Source: Alphaproteobacteria bacterium (GTDB taxonomy: Bacteria; Pseudomonadota; Alphaproteobacteria; Bin95). From it: a stretch of DNA of 64,000 nt. Made by a program: the position numbers and the translations under genes. The notes below the pieces were generated by a model that saw only the letters and a list, made by a program, of their open reading frames with translations, was not told where the DNA came from and did not search any database. This document shows, in pieces, positions 40,324-51,800 of this stretch (position 1 is its first letter; each line of letters starts with the position of its first letter). Where the stretch lies: assembly GCA_963665325.3 (NCBI GenBank), contig OZ224045.1:128001-192000 (forward strand). Reading direction: 5' to 3'.

Positions 40324-40809
40324 TCAGGCGCGCCGCCCCGAGGCCAGCATGAGGCGCTTGTAGGCGCCGGTCTTACCGAAATCGGGGCAAGAGGAGCGGG
40401 CCCTGTTCTGCGCCATTTCGCAAGCATCGCCGCTGCCGGCCGGATCGGCCCCGGCATCGAGCGCCGCATCGATGAAGGCGGCGTTGACAGAGTTGATGGC
40501 GTAGTCGAGCGGCTTCTGGCCATAGCCCTCGCAGGCTTCCGGATCGGCCCCGGCCTCGAAAAGCGCCTGGGCCACTTCGCCGACGGGATTGTTCCAGGCG
40601 GCGTAGTGGAGCGGGGTGCAGCCGCCAGCGTCGCAGGCATTGGGGTCCGCGCCTCCGGCGACCAGACACTCAATTTCAGCCCTGTCCTCGGCCATGGCGG
40701 CAGCGACATGGATGAACTGCGCGCCGTAGCCCAGCGGGAACCGCCCGTGCATGCCGTCAGCGTAGATCATCGCTGCACTTTCGTTCCCGACAGGGCCGCG
40801 GCTAGACAC
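40324..40809 (-). CDS. Ankyrin-repeat protein
   Basis: GADPNACDAGGCTPLHYAA and GADPEACEGYGQKPLDYA repeats; start uncertain. Confidence 0.8.
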   Translation of the reverse strand: MSSRGPVGNESAAMIYADGMHGRFPLGYGAQFIHVAAAMAEDRAEIECLVAGGADPNACDAGGCTPLHYAAWNNPVGEVAQALFEAGADPEACEGYGQKPLDYAINSVNAAFIDAALDAGADPAGSGDACEMAQNRARSSCPDFGKTGAYKRLMLASGRRA

Positions 40810-40927
40810 GCCATTAGTCCCTCGTCTGAGCCGAACCCCGAAACGCCACCTTGTTCTCCCAAGCCATAGACGATACGAGCCTCACGGCAAACTGAAGAAC
40901 CCTGACATCAAACAGCGCAGGCATCGG

Positions 40928-43900
40928 ATGGCGGTCCTGAGAATCGATATCGAGCGGGCTCTCGACGAACTCATCTCCCAGGAAAATGGGATGCGTTTTC
41001 AGGGGCTGGCGGTAGCACTTGGCAGGCAGCGCTGGCCCCAGCTCGTAGCGCATCCGCGCAAGAAGGACTTCGGACTCGATGCTTACGCGCCTGCCAGCCA
41101 GACGCCGGAACTCATAGGTAAAGGGCTTGCTGCCTCGATTACACCGACATTGAAGAAGATTTCAGACGATGTGCAGAGGGCCAATGAGTATTTTGACCTG
41201 GGAGCCCTCCTCTTCGTCACACCAACCACGGTAGGAACCGCCGAAAAGAAACGATGGGAAAAAGCAATTCTTGATGACTATCGGATAGAACTTATTATCT
41301 TCGAGCGTGAGCACATCATTACACAAATGCTGGAACCAGAGAATGCGTCGCTCCGTGCCAGTTTTCTCTATCTCAAAGACGACACTCAGCCGAGCGTGGA
41401 AGACCTCGTCTTCAGAGCAAGGCGTGCGGCGACGACCACTAATCACGGCTGGTCCCGCAGAACTAAAGGGCACCCGCTCATCGACCTCACTGCGGTAGAG
41501 CTTGATCTCTCGCCGCCCGGATCCGTCGAGGCAGAGCCAATCAACGCATTCGCGCTTGAGCAAATCGGTCGGGTGCTGTCGCATGGCGGTCGTATCGTGC
41601 TCGAAGGTCCCGCCGGCCGAGGGAAGACCACGGCGCTGGTAAGGCTCGCACGGGGAGCGGAGGTCACCAGCATACCGTTCATGGTCGACCTTCCCGCATG
41701 GGTGTTATCTCGTCAAACCATCCTGCACTTCATGGCTGGCATGCCTGCGTTCCAGGCTGAAGGTCTAACGCAAGCCGATCTCGCAAAAGTGCAGCAAACA
41801 GAGCCATTCTTGTTCTTGTTGAACGGTTGGAATGAAATTTCGGAGGGGAGTTCGGACTGGGCGGACGCTGCACTTCGGGAACTCGAGAGAGGTTTCCCTA
41901 GCGCAGGCATCATTGTAGCAACTCGCTCCCACCATCTGGCTCCACCGCTGCCCGGGGCGCTACAGCTTCTCCTGTCGCGTGTCCAGCGTCACCAGCGTTC
42001 AGAATATCTTGAAACCCGCCTTGGTGCAGATGCTAAACAACTCCAAGACCGTATTGCTGGCGACCTGTCCCTTGACGAGTTGACCCTTACGCCGTTCATT
42101 CTGTCGGAAGTAGTATCTCTTTATGAAGCTGATGCCAACATTCCCTCTACGAAGATGGGAGTCATCACCCAGGTTATAGCTATTCAGGAACAAAGAGATG
42201 AACATAAAAACGCGCTTCAAATGGCTCCACTCTTCGGCCGGCAAACGGACTATCTGGAGGCTCTGGCGACCAAGATGACCCGTAGTGGTGCGGTGTCACA
42301 GCTTGAAGCCGACGCGCGTGCTTTGGTGGGTACCGTCGCCCACGAACTTATGAACGCTGGGCAGGTCGAGCGAGCAGGGGCACCGGCGATTCTCGCAGCG
42401 CTCTCGGCGCATCATGTTCTCGAGCGAGTCGAATATCCTGAAATCACATTTCGCTTCGATCATCAGCAGTATCAGGAGTACTACGCAGCGCGTTACGTTC
42501 GCACCTGTCTTCTTAGTTTGGTACACGACGAAAACCCTGAGGAGGATGACCGGTTTGCTGACCGTTATGTGAACAGTCCGTCGTGGTCGGAGTCCTTGTG
42601 CATGATCGCCGCCTCGCTTGGTGAAACGGCTAACATTCACAACGTCCATGCCGGCGTGAAGTTAGTGAACATGGCATTTCAGGTGGATTTGCTATTTGCC
42701 TGCGAGCTTTCTCATCTATGCGGTGATGCGGTCTGGCGCAAAGTGCGAGAGACGCTTGGTAATCGTCTTCGGGCCATGTATGCGACATCAGATAGGAATT
42801 ACCAGCACTACGCTATTGCCGCCATGTTCGCGACTGGCGCCGATGAGTTTCGGGATATAACCGTTCCACTGCTGTCTTCGGAGGATCGGCGGACACGGAT
42901 GTGGGCTTATGGTTGCGGAAGACACATGCACACGCACATTCATCTTTCTTCGCTTGGTCCCAACTGGGGAGAAGAAGTGCGTGGCTGGGGCGAAACGGCG
43001 AGGACAGACTTCGTCTCCGAGTTGCTTCATCACCGCCCTGATGGCGACATTGCGTCGTTTGCTTCCGAAGACGAAAGCGCTGCGGTCAAGAAGGCGGCGA
43101 CATTCGGCCTTATTTGGACCGGTGCCGAGGAAGCGCTAACCAAAGTTCTTAAAACGATGGATATGAAGGCGCTTCAAGAAGTTGCCCGCGCAAAACCGGA
43201 TCGCTTGCCGCAGGCCATCAGGCCAGACGCTATTGCGGCATTGCGGAAGATCGTCGAGATTTCCGTCGATCCTCGCGTACGCCTGCAAACGGCACTCAGT
43301 TTAGTCGATCTGGGAGAACCAGGCGTGGACGGTGTCGTCAAGGACGCGCTGTCGGCAATACCTGAGGTCGATGTGGGCGAACTGAGATGGGATTTCATTG
43401 TGCCGGCGCTTCAGTATCTCCATGAAGTCGACCCTGCCTGGACCAGCGAATGGGTAGCAGCGCAGGTCGCCGAAGGCCCTCTCTACGCACACGAGCAATG
43501 GTTACCGTTCGTCACCGCCATTCCAGGCGAGGTCGTCGAGACATACCTAAAGCGTCTTGAGAACGAAGACCTCGGGGATTCCCGTCCTGAAGGTATGATT
43601 GCGGTGATTGCCGCGCGGAGCGATCCACAGCTCGTTGTACGGGTATTCGCGAGGCTGCGCGATCTAATGCGTAGGGTCGCAGAGAAACCTGGTCAGCACC
43701 ATGAAATCGAATGGCGGGTCATCAGGCAGCTTGAGGCGTTGATTCATCGCCTCCCTGGCAACACAGTAGCGGACGGCATCCTCCGTTGCGTCTCGAATGG
43801 TGACCCTCTTGATATCCGGGCCGCGACAAAGGCTCTTAGCAGAGTTTGCAGGCGCCATCTGGAGCCGCTGCGCATTGCCGACGATGATCTGAGGAACCGT

Positions 43901-45460
43901 CTTCGGCAATTCATCCAGAACGGCGTAAATGTGATTCTCCGTCGGGACGATTTCAGCGGCGACGAGAAAGCCGATCTCGCATCGTGCCTCTCACAGGTCG
44001 GAGAACCTGAAGACATGCCGCTCTTGGTTGACTTGATTCATGCAGATATCGAGAGAATGCGCCGAGGTCGGGCTGCCTTGGTTGCCGGTGACCGCGGACC
44101 GCTCGGCAATGGGGGGGTAGTGCTTCAAGCCGGATGGCTTATTGACGCTGTTTTGGATCTCGACCGGTCGGGTGCGTGTACTGTGCTCATCGAGCTTCTT
44201 CCCGAGCCGGAATACTCTTCCGATGTGGCTTCCGCCATGGCGCGCGAGTTTATGCTGAAATCGGATCACGTTTTTGGGCGACCATTATTCCCCTACGATA
44301 TGATGTGGACTGCCCGTGAAGGTCGGAGTCCATCGTATGATGGCTACGAGCGGCGCAAACGATTCTCTGAAGCCCTTAAAGCCGAAATCGAGCAGCGAAA
44401 GGAACAAGATAAGGAACAAGATGCCGGCATCGTACGACTGGCAACGGCGCTGGCTACAATAGATGGCTACGATTCGGCGGAAATTGTGCTTGAAGCAATT
44501 GCTACACCTAGCCGATGGGAAGAATACAGCTGTGTTGTCGCTGCAGAGCGCTTGCTAATCGCGGGGGTCGTATTACCGGTGGAAACCGCAATTGCCTTAA
44601 TCGACTCCGTCTTGGAGCGGACGGAACACTGGATGCAAGACTCGGACAGATACCTTCTGTGTCGTGTGCTCGCGCTCTTGCCTCTTGTGGATAACCCGGA
44701 GGCAGGGATCGCCAAGGCACGCAGTGTAGTTGGCAGCCGACGGCTCCGAGGCAACGAATTGCACGAACTGGTCACCTCTCTTGGAGAGAGTCGGTCAGAT
44801 GCCGCCGTCGATCTTTTGTGTGAGTTGGCGCGGGACGTGCATATTTTCGGGGGAACTTTAGTCAATGCACTCACCGCGCTCGATACGCCGCGCGCACGCG
44901 AAGCGCTTTTGGGCTGTGTGGATCCGGACCTGCCTGGCGTCGTTTTGGGAGATCGTAGCGCCAGTGACGACGTGTTGGTCGCACGTTTGGCGGAACTCGC
45001 CCGGCGCGTCCTGGAGGTTGATCGCCGACTACGGGAATTATGCGAACTCAACCTTCCAGAAAACAGTCGCCATGTCCTGTCGAGAGTCATGTGCGCGATT
45101 GCTACGCCAGAAGCCCTGTTAGGCAATCTGAACCTGATCGACGATGCTAGACGCCCTCCCGTTCCTCGCGGCGTCTTGGAGCAACTAGAAAGTGTGTTCG
45201 TTCAGCGTGAACCGCAAGACACACAACCAAACGTCTTTACATTACATGCACGAGCCTCCAACAACGTACGAGACCGGTTGTTCAGGATGGCGCTTAAGGA
45301 CCGAAGACGCCAACAATCGGCTTTTTCGCTTCTGGGGCAAATCGAGGTATGGCGTCTCGATTACGGAAAGCCGACCGACGAACCACGTCATCCCGACCTC
45401 TCTTCAGGCTTGTTCTGGCCGATGGCGAGTTCCGATATCAACGACGGTGAGATCTTGTAA
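40928..45460 (+). CDS. Nuclease-STAND/NACHT NTPase with long helical C-terminus (Avs/NLR-like defence protein)
   Basis: N-terminal REase-like RFQGLAVAL...KDFGLDAY; Walker A GPAGRGKT; Walker B-like LFLLNGWNE; FRFDHQQYQEYYAA winged-helix motif; visibly lower GC than the core genes. Confidence 0.75.
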   Translation: MAVLRIDIERALDELISQENGMRFQGLAVALGRQRWPQLVAHPRKKDFGLDAYAPASQTPELIGKGLAASITPTLKKISDDVQRANEYFDLGALLFVTPTTVGTAEKKRWEKAILDDYRIELIIFEREHIITQMLEPENASLRASFLYLKDDTQPSVEDLVFRARRAATTTNHGWSRRTKGHPLIDLTAVELDLSPPGSVEAEPINAFALEQIGRVLSHGGRIVLEGPAGRGKTTALVRLARGAEVTSIPFMVDLPAWVLSRQTILHFMAGMPAFQAEGLTQADLAKVQQTEPFLFLLNGWNEISEGSSDWADAALRELERGFPSAGIIVATRSHHLAPPLPGALQLLLSRVQRHQRSEYLETRLGADAKQLQDRIAGDLSLDELTLTPFILSEVVSLYEADANIPSTKMGVITQVIAIQEQRDEHKNALQMAPLFGRQTDYLEALATKMTRSGAVSQLEADARALVGTVAHELMNAGQVERAGAPAILAALSAHHVLERVEYPEITFRFDHQQYQEYYAARYVRTCLLSLVHDENPEEDDRFADRYVNSPSWSESLCMIAASLGETANIHNVHAGVKLVNMAFQVDLLFACELSHLCGDAVWRKVRETLGNRLRAMYATSDRNYQHYAIAAMFATGADEFRDITVPLLSSEDRRTRMWAYGCGRHMHTHIHLSSLGPNWGEEVRGWGETARTDFVSELLHHRPDGDIASFASEDESAAVKKAATFGLIWTGAEEALTKVLKTMDMKALQEVARAKPDRLPQAIRPDAIAALRKIVEISVDPRVRLQTALSLVDLGEPGVDGVVKDALSAIPEVDVGELRWDFIVPALQYLHEVDPAWTSEWVAAQVAEGPLYAHEQWLPFVTAIPGEVVETYLKRLENEDLGDSRPEGMIAVIAARSDPQLVVRVFARLRDLMRRVAEKPGQHHEIEWRVIRQLEALIHRLPGNTVADGILRCVSNGDPLDIRAATKALSRVCRRHLEPLRIADDDLRNRLRQFIQNGVNVILRRDDFSGDEKADLASCLSQVGEPEDMPLLVDLIHADIERMRRGRAALVAGDRGPLGNGGVVLQAGWLIDAVLDLDRSGACTVLIELLPEPEYSSDVASAMAREFMLKSDHVFGRPLFPYDMMWTAREGRSPSYDGYERRKRFSEALKAEIEQRKEQDKEQDAGIVRLATALATIDGYDSAEIVLEAIATPSRWEEYSCVVAAERLLIAGVVLPVETAIALIDSVLERTEHWMQDSDRYLLCRVLALLPLVDNPEAGIAKARSVVGSRRLRGNELHELVTSLGESRSDAAVDLLCELARDVHIFGGTLVNALTALDTPRAREALLGCVDPDLPGVVLGDRSASDDVLVARLAELARRVLEVDRRLRELCELNLPENSRHVLSRVMCAIATPEALLGNLNLIDDARRPPVPRGVLEQLESVFVQREPQDTQPNVFTLHARASNNVRDRLFRMALKDRRRQQSAFSLLGQIEVWRLDYGKPTDEPRHPDLSSGLFWPMASSDINDGEIL

Positions 45461-45480
45461 CCGGCGGGGCATCCTAATCG

Positions 45481-48400
45481 TCACGGTAGATCATTGGGGG
45501 CTGTCGATTCAATCCCCATCCAGCACAGCAATTCAATGTCGTCGCGCTGGATTGGAGGGAGCGGTTCCGGCGGCTTTACGGCTTCCAGCCCGGTCCCGTG
45601 GATCTGTTCGATCAGGAACCGTGAAAGTGCGGCGCCCGCTTGGTCCGTGTTCTCGAACCATCCGCGCAGCAGGGTCTCCTCTCGCCTCGGCCAAGGCGCT
45701 TCGAGAATATCCACGGCTCCGTCGATCCGGGCGGCAGCCATGTCCGGTGGCGGGTTGTCGCGGATAAACGCGGCGACCCGGTGGTTGAGCGGCCTCACTT
45801 TCGGCTGCAGGTTGAGCGGGTCGGTGTTCCACATCCACTCGGAATGAATATCCGCCTGTGCGGCGTTCCAGAAGTCGTAAACGCGCTCCTGCAGGCCGTC
45901 CGGAAACCAGACCGGCGCGTCCTCTTCGCACTCGATCAATCGCAGACAGGTGCCGACCTCCCGGACCACCGATTGTGCCTGGTCCGAGACATCCCAGTTC
46001 CCGTCCGCCGGCACGAAGCGCAGGAAGGTGCGGTCGCCGACAATGGCACAGAAGAAGACGCCCCGGCGCGCGCCCTTTACCATGCCCGAGCCGATCTTCC
46101 AGGGCAGGCCGACGATGCTCTCACGACCCTCTTCCAGCGCCTTGCGAAGCGTCTGGCGATATTCCTCGCCGCTCTGCGCCGCGCTTTCAGTGGCGCCGCG
46201 CTCATAGAGGGTCGCGTCCTCCCGCAAGAGCCTCTCGATTTCTTCCCGCGTCTCCGTAAAGACCTGCCGCCCGCGGGCTGCTCCTTCGATCGGCGCCTCG
46301 ACGCCGACGCTGGCCGCCGCCATGGCGAGCTTGTCGAGTATCCGCTGCTCCAGGTTGAGAAGCCGGTCCAGGCGGTCCGCCGGGAAGACCGTGCGCAGAA
46401 ATACCCGGTTGTGCGGACTGTCGATGCGGTCGATGCGGCCGTGCCGTTGCACCAGCCGCATCGGGTTCCAGGGCATGTCGAAATTGACGATATGCCGGCA
46501 TTGCTGGAGGTTGACGCCTTCGGCCAGCACGTCGGTGGAGATCAGGAGGTCATAGCGGTCTTCGCGGCGATCGGCTGGCGCTTTCATCGAAACCGGCGCA
46601 AACCCCTCGACCGCATCCCGCCGGGATACGTCGTCAAGGTCGCCGGACCCGCTGACGATGGCCATCCGGTCCCGGTAGGGCGCCAGTTCGTCATTGGCGT
46701 CGAGTTCTCCATCAAGGAAATCGCGGATCCACTCGACCGTGTCCTCGAAGAACGAGAATACCAGAACCTTGCGCCTGTTCCTCTCGTCGTCGGCGGTGGT
46801 GCGTTCCGACGACGCCTGCCGGGCAATCTCCGTCAGGGATTTCGAGAGCATCCGGAGCTTCGGGTCGCGCGCCGCCGTGATTTCGACGGCAGCGTCGAAC
46901 AGACCCCGAAGCATGTCGAGGTCGCGCTGCACATCGCCGCGGAGCCGTTCCGCATCGTAGGCGCCGGCCTCGTTCCGGTTTTCCGTCCCGGCAAGGACAT
47001 CCTCGAAGATGCCGTGATCGTCCGCCGACAGTTCCTTCATGAAGGCTGTCGTCACGACGAAGCCTTCATCCAGAGCGCGGAGGAAGGTTTCGTGCTCCCG
47101 AACCATTTTCCTGACGGTCTGGCGGAAGGCGAAGACGGAGGATTCGAAGCGTTTGAGGAGCCCGGAACGCAGAAGTCCAACCATCGCCTGGGCCCGCGCT
47201 TCGTCCTCAGGCTCGACGCCTTCGCGCAGATAGACGTTCGGCATATAGCGCGAGAACGCGATGGCGCCCGGGCTCTCGGGATCGAGGGCTTCGTCAAGCA
47301 GGTCGAAGAAGCCCGGCAACGCCTCGTCGAGATTATAATGGACGCTGATGGCCTGCGGCGTCGGGAACACGATCGGCATCGGCGCGCCGTCCGGCCCGGT
47401 AATGTGGTCGTTGGCGTAGTGCCGTCTCACGAATTCCCGGGTCCGCTTGACCGTGGTGGCGTCAATGATCGGATAGAGCAGGTCCGGGTTGAGGTTCGCC
47501 GGATCCTCGCGCATCGCAGCCACGAACCGCTGCCGGATCGAAACGATCCCCCTGTCCGCGAAATGGGCATCCTGGCGCACGAAAAACCGGATCAGGTGAA
47601 AGAGGTCCCACAGGGAGTTGTTCACCGGCGTCGCCGTCAGTAGCAGCAGGTCGCGCCGCTGGCCGAACAGCAGTTGCTCCAGGGCCCGCGCCCGTGTCGG
47701 CGCATCAGGATTGCGGTAGTTGTGCGCTTCATCGACGATCACGAGCTGGTATTCGGCCAGCGGATTCCGGAGATGTCGCCGGTCGGCGTTCTGAAGGTCG
47801 TTCGCCAGCTGCTCGAAGGAGACGCATTCGACGTCGATCCAGAACTCGTTCAGAAACTGGCTCCAGGTGCTGTCGCGCAGCGCCGCTGGACAGACGAGCA
47901 GGGCCCGTTGCCTGCGGCCTCGGTAAATCCCGAGAATTTCGCCGGCGATGAAGGTTTTGCCGAGCCCGACCTCGTCGGCGACGATGGCCCCGCCGGTCTC
48001 GCGGATCAGCCGCAGGGCCCGAGCGACACCGTGGGTCTGGAAACTGGTGAGCGGAAGGTTTTCGTCGTGCAGCGCCTCCTCCTCAACCTCATCGCCATAG
48101 AGCTGCCAGAGCACCCGGATGAAGATCTCCCAGGGCGTGCGCGGCCGGAGAGCTTCCTCGAACAGTACAGCCAGGTCGTAGGGTTCGGCGTCCTCCCAGA
48201 GATCGTCGAACCATTGTTTTGCCCGGCCGGCGACCGGACGGTCGTAATGGCCGAGATTCAGCTCGAGATTGCCGGTCAGGCCGGCGCTGGTGAGGTTGGA
48301 AGAGCCAGCAATGATCCCTTCGGGGCCGCCGACGGCTCCGTTCGCCGGGGTGAAGATGTAGGCCTTGGCGTGCAGGAATGCCTGTTCGTAGCGCCGCACC

Positions 48401-48819
48401 TCCATATTGCCGGCCTGCAGCGCTGCAATCAGCTTGCGCAGCGCCGTCCCGCTGACCCGCGTAAAGGGCAGGCGGTCGCGCTCCCACTGCAGGGCGTCCT
48501 CCATGCGGTCCAGTCCGGTTCGCAGGCGCCGGCTTTCGAAGGCCGCCTCGGTCTCGTTCAGGCGCCGGCGTTCGGGCGGCGTACGCGCCGCCATGTCCGC
48601 CCCCAACATCAGACGAACAGTGGGGACCGGCCTCAGCCGATCGGCGATGTGGGCGAAACCGGCAGGGCTGAAGAACGCCGTGGCGATGCGCACCTCTTCG
48701 GGCGGGGCGCCCACCCCCGCCAAACCGTCGTCACCGGCCTGTGTGCCCTCCAGAGCCCGGCCCAGCGCCTGCGCGAGGGTGTTGCCGTCCAGGTTGTCGA
48801 TGAAATGCGGGTCGGGCAT
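45481..48819 (-). CDS. PLD-nuclease plus SF2 (SNF2-like) helicase fusion
   Basis: FLHAKAYIF...GSSNLT (HKD-type PLD); ADEVGLGKT, DEAHNYRN, TATPVNN, AEGVNLQ, WNPMRLVQRHGRIDR. Confidence 0.88.
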   Translation of the reverse strand: MPDPHFIDNLDGNTLAQALGRALEGTQAGDDGLAGVGAPPEEVRIATAFFSPAGFAHIADRLRPVPTVRLMLGADMAARTPPERRRLNETEAAFESRRLRTGLDRMEDALQWERDRLPFTRVSGTALRKLIAALQAGNMEVRRYEQAFLHAKAYIFTPANGAVGGPEGIIAGSSNLTSAGLTGNLELNLGHYDRPVAGRAKQWFDDLWEDAEPYDLAVLFEEALRPRTPWEIFIRVLWQLYGDEVEEEALHDENLPLTSFQTHGVARALRLIRETGGAIVADEVGLGKTFIAGEILGIYRGRRQRALLVCPAALRDSTWSQFLNEFWIDVECVSFEQLANDLQNADRRHLRNPLAEYQLVIVDEAHNYRNPDAPTRARALEQLLFGQRRDLLLLTATPVNNSLWDLFHLIRFFVRQDAHFADRGIVSIRQRFVAAMREDPANLNPDLLYPIIDATTVKRTREFVRRHYANDHITGPDGAPMPIVFPTPQAISVHYNLDEALPGFFDLLDEALDPESPGAIAFSRYMPNVYLREGVEPEDEARAQAMVGLLRSGLLKRFESSVFAFRQTVRKMVREHETFLRALDEGFVVTTAFMKELSADDHGIFEDVLAGTENRNEAGAYDAERLRGDVQRDLDMLRGLFDAAVEITAARDPKLRMLSKSLTEIARQASSERTTADDERNRRKVLVFSFFEDTVEWIRDFLDGELDANDELAPYRDRMAIVSGSGDLDDVSRRDAVEGFAPVSMKAPADRREDRYDLLISTDVLAEGVNLQQCRHIVNFDMPWNPMRLVQRHGRIDRIDSPHNRVFLRTVFPADRLDRLLNLEQRILDKLAMAAASVGVEAPIEGAARGRQVFTETREEIERLLREDATLYERGATESAAQSGEEYRQTLRKALEEGRESIVGLPWKIGSGMVKGARRGVFFCAIVGDRTFLRFVPADGNWDVSDQAQSVVREVGTCLRLIECEEDAPVWFPDGLQERVYDFWNAAQADIHSEWMWNTDPLNLQPKVRPLNHRVAAFIRDNPPPDMAAARIDGAVDILEAPWPRREETLLRGWFENTDQAGAALSRFLIEQIHGTGLEAVKPPEPLPPIQRDDIELLCWMGIESTAPNDLP

Positions 48820-51800
48820 TCACCGCCTCCCGGTCCAGGATCGGTAGTGGCGCAGCACCGCGTCCAGGCGGTCCTGGTAATCCCAGCCTTCGTGGAAGGT
48901 CTCGAAGACATGAACAAGCTGGGACTCGTTCAGGTCGTAGAGATGGGCGACCAGGGCGTCGAGTTCGTGGATCATGTCGTCCTTTTCGATGGCCGCCAGA
49001 GGACCGCACTCGACGCCGACGGCATCGGCCCAGTCCGCGAAACGGTCGTCCGGGCAGGCCAGACGTCCGGCCAGCGCCACAACCCGCTGCCAGCGCAAGT
49101 CGTCCCGGACCGGCCGCGGGATCGGAAACGGGTTGATGATGAAGAAGTTGACACTCACCTCTACAAATCGGCGGGCGTACCAGTCGAGGGGGATGGAGGA
49201 AAGCACACCAAGCAGGAAGGCTTGATCCTGCTTGTCCCCGCGTGGCCAGAGAAAATAGGGACCTTTGTTGGTGACGAATATCTCCGGCGGCAGGAGTGCG
49301 GCACGCACGGTCCGCGTGTCTGTGGACCGAGACACATCCCGAAACGCTACCCGGGGTCCAAAGCTCGGCAACGTGTTGCGGTCCTCCAGATATGCCATAG
49401 GCGAAGGATTCTCTCGCAGATTCGTAAGTAAGAACTCCCGATGAGCGCTGTCACGACTGCTCCGGCCCGCTCGTATGCGCTTCCTCTGAATCCAGTCGAG
49501 GGCGGGGTCCGGGTCAGCCCAGGCGTAATAGGTGCCGGTGTCCGGGTTCCAGATGTCGAAGGACTCGCCCTTGTAAACCGGCCAATAGCCGTCGGGGCAT
49601 ACTGGGCTCGCAACGTCCATTAGCCACTTCTGCTGAGTGGCGTCCATCTCCCGGTCAGGCCGCGCCCGCCATTGCCCTTCCTCGTTCAGGTCCAGTCGCG
49701 GAGCCCTTCGCAACTGCGCGAAGACCTCGACAGAGTCCTCGGAGGGCAGCAAGGGCAGGGATGCAGAGTCGTTCCAGGCCAGCACCTGGCTGCTCTCGAA
49801 AGCGGCCGCGGGCCGCGCTCTGCCGTTCCTGAACGATGACAGCGAAGCGAATGGTCCGCGCAGTCGGATTGATTCGCCTTCGGGCTCACCGTGAGAAATA
49901 CAGACGAGGCCGATCGTGTAGCGATGTTCCGCCTCGTCAAAGACCCAACCGCCGCGATTGAGGAGCATGTCGACATCAAGGCTTGCACAGTTACCGAAGA
50001 CAATGTGGCGAAACTCCGTCGATCCCTTGGCGGCGAGCGCGCTGCGAGGGAGGACGACGCCGATGCGACCGCCTTCCGTCGCACTCAGATGCCAGAACCG
50101 CCAGCAAAAGGCCTTGTAGAGGTCCGGGTCGCCCGTCCCCATGCCAGGATAGCCGCCCCCAACCAGAACCTTCCGCACCCGGTCCGTCTCGGCCAGTTCA
50201 GCATCGTATGCCCTGACCAGATCGGGTCTTTGTTTTCGCAACCGCGCCTGTTCCGCCTCCCGTTCCCGAGATGGCAGTCCGCGCAGTCCCGGGAAATGGC
50301 GCGCCCAAAAGGCATGTTCCTCAAGCGTGGCCTCCTGCCATGGAGGATTGCCGAGGATCACATCGAAGCCCGGACGCTCGCGTAGAAACACCTCCGGGAA
50401 CGCGACCGGGAAATGCAGGACATGCAGGTTGGAAAGGTCCTGTCGAGCGGAGCGAACGGCTTCCAGTGTTTCTTGGTCTTCCTTTTCCTTCTCCCATCGC
50501 TCGAACAAGAAATTGGCGACCTTTTCATCGGTTGAAATCGGGGCTGCTGTCATCAAGTCGCAAAGTGCTTCGGTTGAGCGAATTGCCTGATGTGCTTCGC
50601 GTATCGCCTCGCGGGCATCGGCTACATCCCGCAGCGTAGCGTCGTTGAGATTCGCAAGTCGGTTCAGAGGTCTTGCCGCCTCGCCCAGCAGACTTTCGGC
50701 ATCGACCGCGAACAGCGTTCCCGGGGCTTCGTCCTCCAGCCTCTTCCGGATGTCCTCGATCGTGCCGACCCCGACCAGAGCATTGCCATACACCAGCGTG
50801 TGGTCGAGCACGGATAGCGGAAGTCCGGGGACGAAGGTGTGGATCCAGATGGCCAGCCGGGCAAGCTGCACGGAGAGCGCGTTGACGTCGACGCCGTAGA
50901 TGCAGCGGCGGGCGATCATGCGCCTGAGGAGCTGACCGTCCTCGATGGCTGTCGCTTCGGCCAGTTCGCCGAGTTCACCAAGCGCAACACCCCGCAATGT
51001 GGCCAGTTCCCTGCGAACGCCGGGCAAGTCGCGTCTGGTCAGAAAGTCCGCCATGCCCTTCTCGATCCGGTCGATGGCCGCTACCAGAAAATGGCCCGAA
51101 CCCATGGCGATGTCGGCTACCCGGAAATCGAAAAACGCTTCGGCGGCGCTGGCGCTGTCCATGTCGTCCAGCCGGGCGAAATGCTCGGCAAGCGCCGGTT
51201 CCAGCGCCCCGTCCAGCAGGTGCTCGACCGCAAACGGCTTGGTGTAGTAGCTGCCCGAGGACTTGCGGGCGCCGGACCGGTTGTGGAGATAGACCTCTCC
51301 CTTCTTCACCATGACCGGCCAGCCCGGACGGGCCGGCGAATACCTGCCCTTCTTGTCCAGTGCCAGGTCGCCCGCGGCCAGAGCCAGTTCCGACTCCAGC
51401 AGTCCCTCATAGATCGTGCCGAACTCGCGAACGCCGAGAGACCGGAAGTCGACAGGCCCCGGCACACCGTCCCCGGTCTCGATGACGAGCAGTGCGCGCA
51501 GCGCCGTCTCGAAAATCGCGTTCGGCAATTCCAGCCTCACCAGATCGGCGCCCGCGGGCGACACGCCGGGATCGTCGCTGAACAGGCCGCCATTGTAGGC
51601 GGGCACGCTCCATTCCCGGTTTCCTGCCGCCACCGCTTGCCAGAGCAGGGCGACTTCCTGCCAGTGCGAGCTTCCCTGTGCGATCTCGACGCCCTTGACC
51701 ACGCAGTCGGCGAGTTCCTGAGCCTTCTGCTTCAGCGACCGGCGCCGGTAGGCCTCGCTGAACCGGTAGGGCAGCAGGTCACGGTCTTCCGCATAGGCGA

